This document shows, one piece after another, positions 22,282-34,800 of a stretch of 64,000 nucleotides of DNA. The first letter of the stretch is position 1. Each line of letters begins with the position of its first letter. A model generated the notes under the pieces. The model saw nothing but the letters and a program-made list of their open reading frames with translations, ran no database searches and was not told where the DNA came from. The stretch spans positions 296,492-360,491 of the forward strand of contig NW_013657668.1 in assembly GCF_000142905.1 (NCBI RefSeq), written 5' to 3'. The translations under genes were made by a program, and so were the position numbers. This stretch comes from Thecamonas trahens ATCC 50062 (lineage: Eukaryota > Protista > Apusomonadida).

Positions 22282-24022
22282 TTACAGCTTGGAAAGCATC
22301 GGAACCATAGAGATGGCCGCCTTGGCCTTGTCAAAGGCGCCGTCACCGTACATCATGCGGATGACGTTCTGGGCAAAGGCCACACCGTCGTTCTGGTTGA
22401 CCGGGTACTGCCAGACGGCAGGGAGCTTGATGGAGAACGGGAAGCGGTCCTCGAGAACAGCCTTGACGTGGGCGCAGGCCTTAAGGCCCTCGGGACCATT
22501 GATGCGGCCGACGCCCGAGATCTTGGTCCCGCCAAATGGCAACGACTGGCAGACGTATGTGATGCCGTAGTCGTTGATGGCGACCATGCCCGAGACGATA
22601 GCGTCGGCGAGCTTGCGGGCGCGCTTGGGGTCGGACGAGAAAACCGAGGCGCCGAGACCGTACGGGCAGTCGTTGGCGAGGGCGATGACCTCGTCGTCGG
22701 TCTGCCACGCCATGATGACCATGACAGGGCCAAAGTGCTCCTCCTGCATGATGCGCATGTCGGGGGTGACGTTGATGAGAACGGTCGGCTCCCAGAACTG
22801 GCCCTTGTACTTGGTGTTGCGCTTGCCACCGACAACGGCGGTTGCACCACGGGCGAGGGCGTCGTTGACCAGATCCTCGATGATGTCGAGCTGCCGCGGC
22901 ATGGTAGTCGAGCCAATATCGTGGCAGCCCTCGATGGGCGGGCCCTGCGACGACCGCTTGAGCTTGTCCACCACCGCGTTGACAAACTTGTCGTGGATCG
23001 AGGCGTGGACAAAGATCCGCTCCGCGCCCACGCACATCTGCCCGCAAGAGGTAAAGACGCCAAGCATGGCTTGCGAGACCGCATGCTCAAAGTCGGCATC
23101 GTCCGTCACAATCATCGGATCCTTGCCGCCGAGCTCGAGCACCACAGGCGTGAGCGTCTCCGACGCCGCCGCCATCACCTTGCGTCCGTTCTGTGGCGAG
23201 CCAGTGAAGAAGATCTTGTCGACTCCCGACGTGACCAGGCCGGCGCCAACGTCGCCCCATCCGAGGACAAACTGCACAAGGTCGCCCGAGAAGCCCTCGG
23301 CCTCGAGGGCATCGCGCACCATGGCCGCGTAGTACTCGGTTGAGTACGAGGTCCACTCGGAGACCTTGATCACTGCTCCGTTGCCGGCGTAGAGGACCGG
23401 AAGCAGCGGGCACATGATGTTGTGAAACGGCCAGTTGAATGGCGCAATGATGCCGCACACCCCCAGCGGGGAGTACTCAACCTGTGCCACCTTTTGGAGG
23501 AGCGAGCCCACAGGCCGCGACTCGGTCGCCAGCGTCGCTTCGCCGTGCTCCGCGAGGAACCGGATCTTCTCCAGCACAGGGAAGAGCTCGCCGTAGTGCG
23601 CGTCCATCATCGTTTTGCCCGAGTCTAGCATCGACAGCTCGCAGATCTCCGTCTGGTGCTCCACAATGAACTGCTGCATCCGCTTGAGCACACGGTTGCG
23701 CGTCGCAAACGACGACTTGCCCCAGGCCACCTGCGCAGCCCGTGCCTTGGACACAGCCTCCAGAATCTGCGTCCCCCCGCCCCCACCGCACCCCGCATAC
23801 GCTCGCCGTCAGTCGTGCCTCTCCCTGCTCCTCCCGCAGTCCTCTCCACCTCCCCGACCTGCCCGCCTCCCGTCTTTGCCGCAGCGCCCGCCACAGCCCG
23901 TGGATGCCACCTCACCACCGCGGCTGCCGACCTACCCCTTCCTGTGTCGTCGACGGCAGCGAGCCCGGGCCGAGCGGCTCCATGGTCGAGGGATCGTAGA
24001 GCGGAACGGTCGACGTGTCCAT
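22282..24022 (-). CDS. Aldehyde dehydrogenase, ALDH22/MSC7-like
   Basis: FTGS, LELGGKD (catalytic Glu), GQMCVGAER (catalytic Cys), EEHFGP and CQSLPFGG. Exon 1 is 24022-23936, intron 23935-23767. Confidence 0.93.
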
Positions 24023-24279
24023 GGTGTGTTGTGGTCAAGTGTGGCGGGGGCACTGGTAGTTCTCGTCCAGCCGTTGCCGCCGCTGCCCCTGCTGCCACCG
24101 CCTGCTCGGCTGCAGCTGCTGCAGACAGCCGTCGCTGTCGATCGATCCGCAGCAAACGCACGTCCACCCCGCCAAACTTCCACTGGCCTTACCACGCTCC
24201 TCTTCCCTCCTGCAGTGCCTGCACGCCGCATCCCGGAAGAAGCGGCCTCGTCCCCTTCCCTCTCCCCTTTCCCGTCTTC

Positions 24280-25304
24280 ATGGCGTCTGTACGCGGCCGC
24301 ACGCCGCGGTTTGTCGAGGCAGTGTGGAACATGGTCAATGATAGCAACCAGGTAGGCAGCTCACCGTGCCCCGCCCCCCTCCCCTCGCCTTTATCTTCCC
24401 CTCCTCCTCACATGAGCCATCCCCGCCGCAGCACATCCAATGGTCAAGCGACGGTACAGCGTTTACCATCTATGACAAGAACGCGCTCGCCAAGGAAGTC
24501 ATCCCGCGCTTCTTCTCGCACTCCAAGTACACCTCGTTTGTCCGCCAGCTGCACATGTACGACTTTGAGCGCCGCGACGACCCGCTGTACAACACCTTTG
24601 CCCACCCGCTCTTCCTCCGTGACCATCCCGCCCTCATCGAAGGCATCAAGCGCAAGACTGCGCCGTCAAAGAGTAAGAGCAAGAGCAAGAGCAAGAGCAA
24701 GGAGACGGCTCAGTGTTTGCCACTGGCTCCGGCCGTCGGCGTCATCCGTCGCGTCTGGCCTCCCCCGGACCTGGAGACTGCCGCACCGCCGGCGCCGGTG
24801 TCGCTGCTGAGCGGGGCCACGGTCTCGTCGTTCTCTTCGCCTCCCGTGTACATGTCGTTTGGCCCATCGGCACCGGCATCCGGCCAGACCAAGATGTTCT
24901 CGCCGTCGCTGCTCACCCCATCGCTCTTCTCGCTCAAGACGCCGGATATTTCTGCCTTGATGGCGACGCCGCAGTTGGGCGTCCCAATAGCGTCCTTTGC
25001 CAGTGGCGGCTCCGAAGTCGATGCAGCAAACACCATCGCCCGTCTCAAGGCCGAGAACGCGCGGCTAGCGGATCAGAACTCGCGGCTGCTGAACGAGAAC
25101 AAGGATCTCCGGGCCCAGCTTGCAACTGCACGCAAACGGACAGCGGGTAGTCCCCCTCCACATGCGCCTGTTGCCAAGCGAAAGCCGACTCTCTCCCATG
25201 GCCTGGTCGTCGACGTCGCCGCCGCCCGAGCCGCATCGTCGTCTTCGTTTGCCTCGGTCGCCCGCCGCGCCTCTCCACACAGACAACACACATCGGCCAC
25301 ATAG
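24280..25304 (+). CDS. Heat-shock-factor-type transcription factor
   Basis: The HSF DNA-binding domain RFVEAVWNMV..|HIQWSSDG..FFSHSKYTSFVRQLHMYDF..FAHPLF is split by intron 24352-24431; a coiled coil lies downstream. Confidence 0.92.
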
Positions 25305-25597
25305 CCATGTGTCTGTCGCCAAGCGAAAGCCGACTCTCTCCCATGGCCTGGTCGTCGACGTCGCCGCCGCCCGAGCCGCATCGTTGTCTTCGTTTGCCTC
25401 GGTCGCCCGCCGCGCCTCTCCACGCAGACAACACACATCGGCCACATAGCCATGTGTCTGTCGCCAAGCGAAAGCCGACTCTCTCCCATGGCCTGGTCGT
25501 CGACGTCGCCGCCGCCCGAGCCGCATCGTTGTCTTCGTTTGCCTCGGTCGCCCGCCGCGCCTCTCCACGCAGACAACACACATCGGCCACATAGCCA
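25158..25597. repeat. 145-bp tandem triplication of the HSF gene 3' end
   Basis: GCCAAGCGAAAGCCGACT recurs at 25173, 25318 and 25463; the copies are near identical. Confidence 0.95.
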
Positions 25598-25719
25598 AGG
25601 GACGGAGAGTTCAATTTGCTGCTCTACTGGTCAAAGTGCGGTGACAGCAGCTATGGTCATGACTTGCACGCACGCACTCGGCATCGGAAGCCGGCGCAGT
25701 GCACACGGCTGCAACCTCA

Positions 25720-26598
25720 TTACACAAAGGACTTGAGGAACTGCTCGGCGCAGGTACGCGCGCGGGCGTTAAGCTTGAGACGCATGTCCGAGATCTCCTT
25801 GTCAATGTCCTCCATAAACTGGATGATAAAGTCGACCACCTTGTGCTTGTACATGTCCTCGCAGTGGAAGTTTGTGATGAGGAACGAGATGTCGTAGCCC
25901 TCGATGGCCTTGCGCCGCAGGACCACAAAGTTCTCGGCACGCTGCATGAGGAACCGCATGAACTTCTTGCACAGAATAACTTCCACATCATCGGCCTGCT
26001 TGATGCAAATCGAGATCCGCACCGAGTTGATCGATGCCTCAATGAGCACCTTCTCGTTCTCGTTGCGCGACACCACCAGCGGGTTGAGCACAACCTCGGC
26101 AGACGTGCTGTTGTTGTCGTCGTTGTTGTTACGCACCACAGGCACAAGCCACGCACAAGTCACACACACATACACCCGTGAGTCGTGTCTTCTCCTTCGT
26201 CTCCCTCGTCTCCCTCTTCCTCCCCCCCTCCCCCCTCTGCCCACCCCTTCCCCCACCAGCCCCCCCCCCTTCAACGTACTTGGCCTCAATCTCAGGCTTG
26301 TTGTGGCGCTCCACACGCTGCGACGCAAAGTTGTCCAGGCAGAGCGCAGCCTCGAGCGTGGTCTTGACGGCGTCCAGGTACGGCTTGAGCGTCGACGTCT
26401 GCAGAGTGGGCCGTCGCAAGTCGTTTCAGGCGAAGGCGAGCGAGGCAAAAAAATAGCCAGGCGCACCGCCGCACCCCCCCACACCAACCCCCCGGCGTCC
26501 AACGTCTCCTGTGAGTACCTGGTGCAGCCCCTCTGGATACACCCGCCCCTCTCCGCCTTTCTCCGCCCCTCCTGCCCTCTGCGCTGCCTGCGTACCAT
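25720..26598 (-). CDS. ARPC4: Arp2/3 complex subunit 4 (p20)
   Basis: Exons ATG (26598-26596), 26398-26280 and 26107-25720 give [50 protein letters not shown]. Confidence 0.97.
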   Translation of the reverse strand: MVRRQRRGQEGRRKAERGGCIQRGCTRYSQETLDAGGLVWGGAAVRLAIFLPRSPSPETTCDGPLCRRRRSSRTWTPSRPRSRLRSAWTTLRRSVWSATTSLRLRPSTLKGGGLVGEGVGRGGRGGGRGRRGRRRRRHDSRVYVCVTCAWLVPVVRNNNDDNNSTSAEVVLNPLVVSRNENEKVLIEASINSVRISICIKQADDVEVILCKKFMRFLMQRAENFVVLRRKAIEGYDISFLITNFHCEDMYKHKVVDFIIQFMEDIDKEISDMRLKLNARARTCAEQFLKSFV

Positions 26599-26842
26599 GG
26601 TCTGTCAGTCTGCGAGTCGAGTCGGTGCGATGAGCCAGAATTCGTCGCCCGATACCGACGAGTCGGGGTAGGAGCACTGGCCCGCTTGGCTCGGGGCCAG
26701 CGGTGGGCGGCTGGCGGGCCGACGGGCGGGCGGCGAGTGAGGGCCGGCGCGACCGCGACCTACCCTGCTGTCGGCGCGAGACCCTTCTCCGCAAACCCTT
26801 GCGCACTCAACTCGCGCACTCCTTGCTCCGCACACACCCGTA

Positions 26843-27163
26843 ATGGACGACGCCGCCTTTCAGCAGCAGGCCCAGCAGGCCCGCGCCCAAGCCGAGGCCC
26901 AGGCCGAAGCCATGGCCCGCCGCGAGCAGATGCTCGTCCGCATCATGACGCCCGAGGCGCGCGAGCGCCTGGCCACGGTCCGCCTCGTCAACGAGGCCCG
27001 CGCCGCCGCCGCCGAGGACCACTTCCTCCAGCTCGCCGCCAACGGCCAGCTCGATGCCAAGGTTAACGACTCGCGCCTCAAGGACGTGCTCGAGGCCCAG
27101 GGTGCCGCTCCGCGCTCCAAAATCACCTTTGCGCGCCGGACCCACGACGACGACGACTGGTGA
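26843..27163 (+). CDS. PDCD5: Programmed cell death protein 5 (dsDNA-binding domain)
   Basis: IMTPEARERLATVRLV..LAANGQL..KITFARR..DDDDW. Confidence 0.9.
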   Translation: MDDAAFQQQAQQARAQAEAQAEAMARREQMLVRIMTPEARERLATVRLVNEARAAAAEDHFLQLAANGQLDAKVNDSRLKDVLEAQGAAPRSKITFARRTHDDDDW

Positions 27164-27383
27164 CTCGCTCTCTCCGCCGTCCTCGCCTTGGACGCCCATC
27201 TACCAATGCTTCTTGCCGCCTGCTCGCCGCTGGCCTCCCGCTTGCATTGGCTATCCGCCCGCCGCCCACTTGTACTTTCAACACATTGTCGATAGCGTCA
27301 AGCTGGCTCTCCACCGCCCGGCCCCCACCCACCCCACCCACCTACCCCGCCTACCCACCCCCACCCCTCTCCTCTCCTACTCC

Positions 27384-28074
27384 ATGGCCGCATCGTCACG
27401 TGTCGAGCACGTTGAGGGCGACCTTCTCACCATAGACACCCAGTACATCTGCCATCGTACGCTCCTCCCCTCCTTCCCTCCCTCTCCTTCGCCTTCCTCC
27501 CTTCTTCCCTTTCAGGCTGTCCTTCCATTGCCCTCACCTCCCCCCTCTCCGCTTCCTTTACTGCACAGAGACCAATTGCAGGTCCGGCAAGGGCCTGGGC
27601 CTGGCCAAGATCCTGTTCGAGCGCTTCCCGCACGCCAACGTGTACGCAGAGCGCAGGCCGTTTGTCAAGGGCACTCAGTACTCGGTGCCGGGCACGATCG
27701 AGGTCCGCGGACACGGGCCGGGCCCTGACAACCGCGGCGTCATCAACCTCATGGGCCAGGACGCCGGCGGGCCATGCAAGCGCAAGGGCCAGCGTGAGGC
27801 CCGCGCAGAGTACTTTGCTCTTGGTCTGTCCGCCATCGCCGCCCTCGACGACCTCACCTCGATTGCCTTTCCGCACAACATCGGCTGCGGCATCGCCGGC
27901 GGCCACTGGCCCGACTACCTCGCCATGATCGAGGCCTTTGCCGACGCTCGCCCTGACGTCCGCGTCGTCATCGTCTCGCTGCCCAAGGCCAAGCAACAAG
28001 CCTGGGCCGGCGTTCTCGAACAGCAGAAGCGTGAAGCCGGCTACCGCGTCAAGGGCGACCGCCGCCGCCGCTGA
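27384..28074 (+). CDS. Macro-domain protein (Poa1p/TARG1-like ADP-ribose-processing class)
   Basis: Intron 27457-27568 joins VEGDLL..YICH|QTNC..GLAKILFERFP; the C-terminal part has IAFPHNIGCGIAGGHW. Confidence 0.85.
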
Positions 28075-28343
28075 TGGCAGCAGCTCGATCCAACCCCAGT
28101 CCAACTCCGATCCAACTATCTTCGACCCCGACTCCGACGCCGGTCACCGTCTGACCATCTTCCTATCTTGTCCCCCCCCCCCCCAGCCCCCCCAGCCCCA
28201 GCCCCTCCCCATCGGCCACGAATCCCCCCTTTAAAACGCCACGAACACTCGAGACGTCCCCTTCCCCTCCCCTCCTTCCCCCCCCCCCCTCCCCCCCCCG
28301 GCACCCCCTCCGCCTCCGCCACTCCTCTACACACACAACCAAC

Positions 28344-28663
28344 ATGTCCGGAAAGATTCGTGCTGCCTGGCTCAAGCCCGAGGTACGCCCCCGCTTCCCC
28401 TATCTCCTCCCTCCCCTTCCGCTACCCTTCCCCCTCCCCTTCGCCGTAAGCCCCATGGATGCTAAGTTTTTGCCGCACCGCCTCACCCAACACCCGCCCC
28501 ACCCTCTCCACCACAGGCTTACCCCATCTTTGCCGTCATTGCCGGCGGCCTCGGCGCTGCCGGTGGTATGCTCACCTACTACGCCACCTCGCACCCGGAC
28601 AACTGCTTCAACAAGTCGAAGCCGTTCCCGTACATGCGCGTCAATGACCCGCGCGGCAACTGA
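28344..28663 (+). CDS. NDUFA4/B12D-family small mitochondrial membrane protein (61 aa)
   Basis: Exons 28344-28382 and 28517-28663 give MSGKIRAAWLKPE|AYPIFAVIAGGLGAAGGMLTYYATSHPDNCFNKSKPFPY, matching PExYP(I/L)F-TM-xPD. Confidence 0.8.
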
Positions 28664-28842
28664 GCGCCCTCGCCACTGCGCCCTGACCTCTCGCAGGCGG
28701 CAGCAACACGGCGCTGCGCATCCCCGCACCCCCTCGCTCGCCTACGCCACGCATACACTGAAGTAACACACCGGCCCGAGTGTGCTCATCTTTCCTCCCC
28801 CCCCTCCCCCTCTTCCTTCCCCTCCCACTCTCTCACCAGCCT

Positions 28843-31800
28843 TTACGGCGCCTTGAGCTTGGCCAAGTTCCGCTGCAGCTTCTCCATCTCGGCCCGCCGC
28901 CGGATCATCTCCTTGATACTATCGGCGGTTGCGCCGCTTCCGACTGCGCCTGGCCCACCGGCGCCTGATGCGGCCGTCGGCCGCACTGCTGGCTTGGCAA
29001 ACGATGTCGCCGCGGCAGCGAGCGACTTGCACGAGCTCTCCACCCCTGCCGCTGCTCCGCGCAGCCGCTTGAACGCCTCGGTCTCGGCGCCACCCGACAC
29101 AACCTCCACCAGCTCATGGATGGCATCGGCAACGCTGCTGGCGGCCCGCTCCAGCGCCTCCACTCGCGCCTCACCCTGAATAAAGAACCGTGCCGCTGCG
29201 ACGAGCTCGCCAGTCGCCGCTGCCACAGCACGCGCAGCAAGCACCATGTCCTCGTGGTCCGCAGCCTGCGCGCCCTTGTGCGCCGCAATCGCCACTTCCA
29301 CGAGCACCACTCCGGCAGACACAATCTCCTGCGAAGCCTTGATCACAAGCGCCACAAACGCGTCGTGAGCTGCATCCGCCTTGGCCCCGGCAACAGACGC
29401 CGCAAGCTGTGCCAGCTCTGCCAGCGACGACTTCATCGCGTTGATGTCGGCTGTCACTTGCGCCATCTCGTGCTCGAAAGCAACAAGCGGATCCAGCCCG
29501 GCCTCCACAGACTTGAGCCGCCCCAGACCGGTGAGCACTGTCGTCACGCCAGTGCTCACTCCCTTGGCCGCCTCCGACATCACATCGCCTGAGAGTCCAA
29601 ACGCCTGCAGCTGCTCCACGAGGCAGGGACCCAGGTTCGCGCCGCCCTCGGCCACTGCATCGGCACCGGGAACGCCCATTCGCTCGCCGCCACCGAGTGC
29701 GCGACTGAGCGCCTTGACAAGCGTCTCGAGCGCCGCAGGAACCTCCTCCGCCAGCTCTAGGAAGGCATGCTTGCCTCGGCCCGCCGCAAACAGCAGCCGC
29801 TGCGAGAACAACAGCACGCCCTTGGCCGCGCTCTCCACAGCGCTAACCTCGGCCCGCGATGGCGACGAGCCTGTTCCCGTCCCGCCCTTGCCGCTTTTCT
29901 GCAGCGCCTCAGCCGCCGCCGCACTCGCCATCACCTTGTCGCACACCTGGTCAATCGTCGCCTGCACCCGCTTGTCCGCCGCCGCCGCCGCATCCACAGC
30001 ACCGCCAAACGCGGCTGCCGCACTCTGCAGCCCACTCAGCCCTCCGCTCTCCACCACCAGCGACTTGAGCGCACACGCAAGGTTGCCGGCAGCATTAAGC
30101 AGCGCCATCTGGTCCACAGCCTCGTCAAGCGCAGCAGCTCCCAGCTCGGCAAGCTCCACAACCTTGGCCGCTGCCTCGGCGGCTTCCATGGCAAACGCAC
30201 CGCGCTCTTCTGCACTCAGCTCGATGCTCCCTTCAGCCCCGACGCTGGACTCGACAAGCTCGACGAGTTCGCTCGCGGCGCTCCGGAGTGAGCCCACTAG
30301 CTCGCCAAATTCGGCGTTGGCCTCATTGGGCAGCTCTTGCGCTCCCACCAGGAACTTGATCGTCTCCAGCTCACCGAGTGTCTGGCTCATGGCAGACACC
30401 GCGCCCTCTAGCATCCGCTTGCCGGTCGCGCCGCGCGCAGCTGCTCCCAGAACCTGCGTCAGCGCCTCCGACAGCTGCTGCGACCCGCTGGAGACCGCGC
30501 TCAACCCAGTAGGCGAGCCCATAAGCACGCTGCTCGCTCCCGTCGCCAACTGTGCAATCGCAGCAGCCATTGCCTCGCCGGCAGCAAGCAGCGCTTGCCG
30601 TGCCTCGTCCTCGCCCGTCAGTGCCATGCATCCCAGCACCGCCGCAACCACGCCTGGCAGCGCCTCGGTCACCACCAGCACCGCGCTCGTCACCGTCTCT
30701 GGTGCCGTCTGCGCAGCATCCATCACCTCGGACGCTCCGCGCACAAGCTCCAGGAGCCGTGTCTTGACCGCCTTTTGGTAGTCACCGTACTTGAGTCCGT
30801 CAACTAGTGACGCTGCCGCAGCCTCGGGCGCCGCCGCACCCTCCCGCAGCCGTGCAAGCGCAGCCTCCACCTGCGCCTCGGCAGCTCGCCCGGCCTCGCC
30901 AGCAGCCTCTTCCGCCTTCACCACTGCTGTCACGGCACGGACAGCCTCGAGTGCATGCGCCACTACCGGCCTTATCCGGCCCGCGTGCTTGGGGTCACCG
31001 CCGGCCTCGCTTGCGCTTTCAAACAGCACCATGGCAGCCTCAGCGACGCCTGCTCCACTCCGCAGAATACGCGCTCCCAGTGCAGGCTGGGCCGCCGCCT
31101 CGGCTGCTCCGCGCAGCTTGCCCGGCAAGTTACCCAGCGCTGCCGCAAGCTCCGCGGCAGCTCGAACGAGTGCATCGGCAGAGCTCACCGCAGCCTCGCC
31201 CAGCGCCTGCAGCCCGGCTTCCACGCCACTCAGCGCCCCACTCAGCGCAGCCGCCTTGGTCCCGTACTGCCTTCCCGCTCCCGCCTTGGGTCGCGATACG
31301 CCAACCTCAAGCGCAGCCTTGCCCAGCTCCTGCGCCACCCGCACAGCAGCTTCGGCCCCATCAGCGCACTCCTTCTGCCCGGGCGTGATGAGTCTGGCGT
31401 GCTGCTGCAGCACGCCCAGGGCCTCCAGCGCGCTCTTAAGCTTCTTGTCCATCTTGGACTGCGCCTTGGCAGACGTCACATCGCTTGACACAAGCTTCGA
31501 CGCCGCAATGAGCGTGTTGACAGCGTTGCCCACGGCTGCAGCCCCGCCCAGGAGCTCATCCACAAGCGAGCCGCCATCGCCGCCTGGGGCTCCGCTTGGC
31601 CCCGCCAAAGACCCACCACCCAAAAGCCCGGCCCCTAGCGCAGCGCTCTTGGTTGCACTCTCGTACGTCTTGAGCGCAGATGCAAACGACTTGGCGGCCG
31701 AGAGGAACTTCTTGTGCACACTACTGTCGTCTGGCGCACTCGCGTTTGCATCCGCCGCCTTGGCCAGCTTTGTGGCTGCAGACTTGATCTTCGACCCGAG

Positions 31801-34800
31801 GCTCTTGAGCGCGTCTTTGTCGGCCTCGGCGTCTGCCAAACTCTTGTACACCTCCTTGGCCGCCACAAGCAGGTCGCGGACCGCAAGCACAACCTTTGTG
31901 TACGCGCCCTTGAACTTCTTCTTTGACGAGGGCTTGGCTCGCAGCAACGATGCCAGCGCCTTCATCACAGCCTTGAGCTCGTCTTGCAGCTCGTCATATG
32001 CCGTTGTGTTGCTCGCTTTGCGTGACTCGCTCGTCTCGACCTTGCTCCCGGCTCTGCCCGCCTCGTTCGTCTGCACCGATCGCCCGCTCGCCTGCACCGT
32101 CGCTCCCGCCACGGCAGCCTTGCCCACCAACCGCGCCGCAAGCGTCGCCGTCGCCTTGGCCTGCTTCGACGCCGAGTTGGGCCGCGTCGCCGCAACATCG
32201 GACAGCTTGTGCAACGAGAGCGAGAGCAGGTCTGCAGCATGAAGCAAGTCCTCTTGCAGGCCGTGGATCGGGTACTGCGACGCTGGTGGGAGATGGGCTG
32301 GTTCCAGACCCGGCAGGGCCTTCAGGATCGCGCTCACAGCAGCCTTGAACTCCTTGGCTTGCGTCGACTTGGACGGATTGACCACAGAGTCAATGGCCTT
32401 GTTGAGCGTCTTGACTGCTGCCGGAACCTCAGAGCTCTGCAGCACTCCCGAGGCCCGCGGGTTCGGCTCGGTCGACTTGGCGAGCTCGCCCGCCGCCGCC
32501 AGCCCGCTGCTCACCGCTTCGATCACCGCTTCCAGCGGGACAAGTAGGTCGGCCTTGGCAGCCTTGAACTCGTCTGATGCCGCCGCCCCAGTCACGACCT
32601 CGGTCAGCAGCTGGCCGATCGACGTCACTCGCCGCGCCACAAGCGCAAGGTCTCGCGGCGAGCTCGCCGCCGCGGTCTCCAGCTTGCCCATCGCCGAGCA
32701 CAGTGCCCGCCCTGCAGACACAACGTCGTTTTTGAAGCCGTGCGTCGGGTCGCCATGCGCCACCAGGTCGCTAGAGTCTGGCACCCCGCTCAGCATCGCG
32801 TCTGGCACCGCTCCGCTGCTTCCGGACGACAGCACCTCCATCGCACCTGCGAGCATCTGTGTCACCGCAAGCAAGTCGTCCAGGCCCGACGGCACAGCCT
32901 CCGCATTGATCTTCTCCAGCGCTGCTGCCATCGCCTCCACACCCGATGCGCAGTCGCCTGCTCCGGGCATCGCCAACTCGAGCTTGTGAAGTGCTTCGCG
33001 GAGCAGCTCGTTGCCATGCATCAGGATAAATTCTTGGGTCGCGTCGTTGGGCCGCCGCCGCGCCTCGCGTGCTTTGGAAATGAGCGCTGCGCCTTCGTGG
33101 CAAACCGCCACCGCTGCCTCCAGCAGTGTGTGCTGGTCCTCGGCTGCCTCGACCACCTGGGCGAGCGCCGACGCCGAGTCGGACGCGTGCACAATCTCCG
33201 CCGCCACGTCCTTGGCCACCTGTGACATTTCCGGTGCCGTCTTGGTCAGCGCCGACTCGACAAGCGCTTCGCCTACCGGCGGCACCGCGCTCACCGACGC
33301 CACCAGCGCATCTTGCCGCTGCAGCGCGCTCGCGTCGCGGTCGTCGACATCGCTCCCGCGCACCAGCTTTCCTTCCGCCGCCGCCGCCGACTCAGCTGCC
33401 AGCCGCCGCAGCGCCCCGCGAATGAGCTCTAGTGCGTAGTTGAGGTCAATCGGCCAACAGACCACGCTCGCCTTTTGCGTTCCGGCCTCGAGCGCGTCGA
33501 CCGACTCGGCCAACGCGCCGCCTGCCGCTTCCGCGCCCTCGTCTTCGCTCGTCTTGGCTGCGGTTGCCAGCCGGTGTGACTTGTCCACCGCCTTGCGTGC
33601 CGCCTGGAGAAACTTGTCCTGCGACGCTAGCTCCGCTGGCGCCGCGGCGTACACACGCATGGCTCGGTGAAGCGAGTCGGTCGTCCGTTGCGCGTCAGCC
33701 AGCGCCCGTGAGCTCTTTTCCTTTGCCCGCCCTTCCTCCATGCTAGCGCTTACAGGCGTAAGTCGCGCCACAGTCACTGCCAGCTTGTCCTGCACATTCT
33801 CGACGAGGGCAACCACCTCGCGCATGACCTCTAGCTGAGTTCGCTCAGCGACAAACGCGCCCCGCGCATCTTGGACACCGGCCACTGCGCACTCCAGCGA
33901 TTCGCGCGCCTCATCCGATCCGTCTGTCGCAGAAAGCGCCCGCGAGGCGCCCTTGAGCTTGGCCAGAGCGTCAGCCACGTCCTGCGACGCCGCTAGCAGC
34001 GAGTCGTACGAGCCGCCCATGCCAAAAGCACCGGCCTCGAGCGAAGCGAGTTCGCACAGGCTCGCCACCCGCATCCCTACGCCGTTCACCAGCGCCCGCA
34101 CCGTCGCAGGCTCATCGGCGTGCTCCAGAATCTTGCTCAGAGACGCGTCAATAGCACTCGCTGCCTCGGCCACCGCGTCGTCAACTATGGGTACAGTGAC
34201 AAGAGCCTCAAGTCCCGCCAGCACAGCCTGCATGGTGGTGCGAAGCGTAGAGCCGGCAGCGTACGGCTCGTTCTCGTCGATCGGCACAGCCACCGTCGCA
34301 CTCTCTACCATTGTCGCCATCATTCGCGCCTGGGCCAGCAGACTCGCCGCGGCCGCATCGACCTTGATCGACGGCAGCAGGAGCTGGAGCTGCGCGTAAA
34401 AACGTGCCGTGGCCTTTGGGAGACTGGCCGCCTGCGCGTGAAGCTTGTGGGTGGTCACCACAGGCAGCTCTGAAAAGTGCTTGCCGTCCATGCTCACTGC
34501 AAACGCCGGCGCCTCGACGTTGGCCATCCTCGCCGTCAGCTCGAGCAGCGAGTCGCCCGCCCGGCTTGCCGGTGCGCCAACGCCTGCCGCGCCAAGCATG
34601 GCTGCGAGCGCTCCCGAGACATTGCTGGCAGCTCCAAGCAGCGAGTCGAGAGCGAGCGTGTCAATCGTTCCGCTGGGCCCGAGCACGGCTCCTGCCGCGC
34701 CGAGCATGGTCAGCGCGCCGGACGAGACCGTATTGTACGCATTGCCCAGGGCAGCCGCATCGATCGGATCCGACGCCAGCTCAGCGCCCTTGTCCACCGT

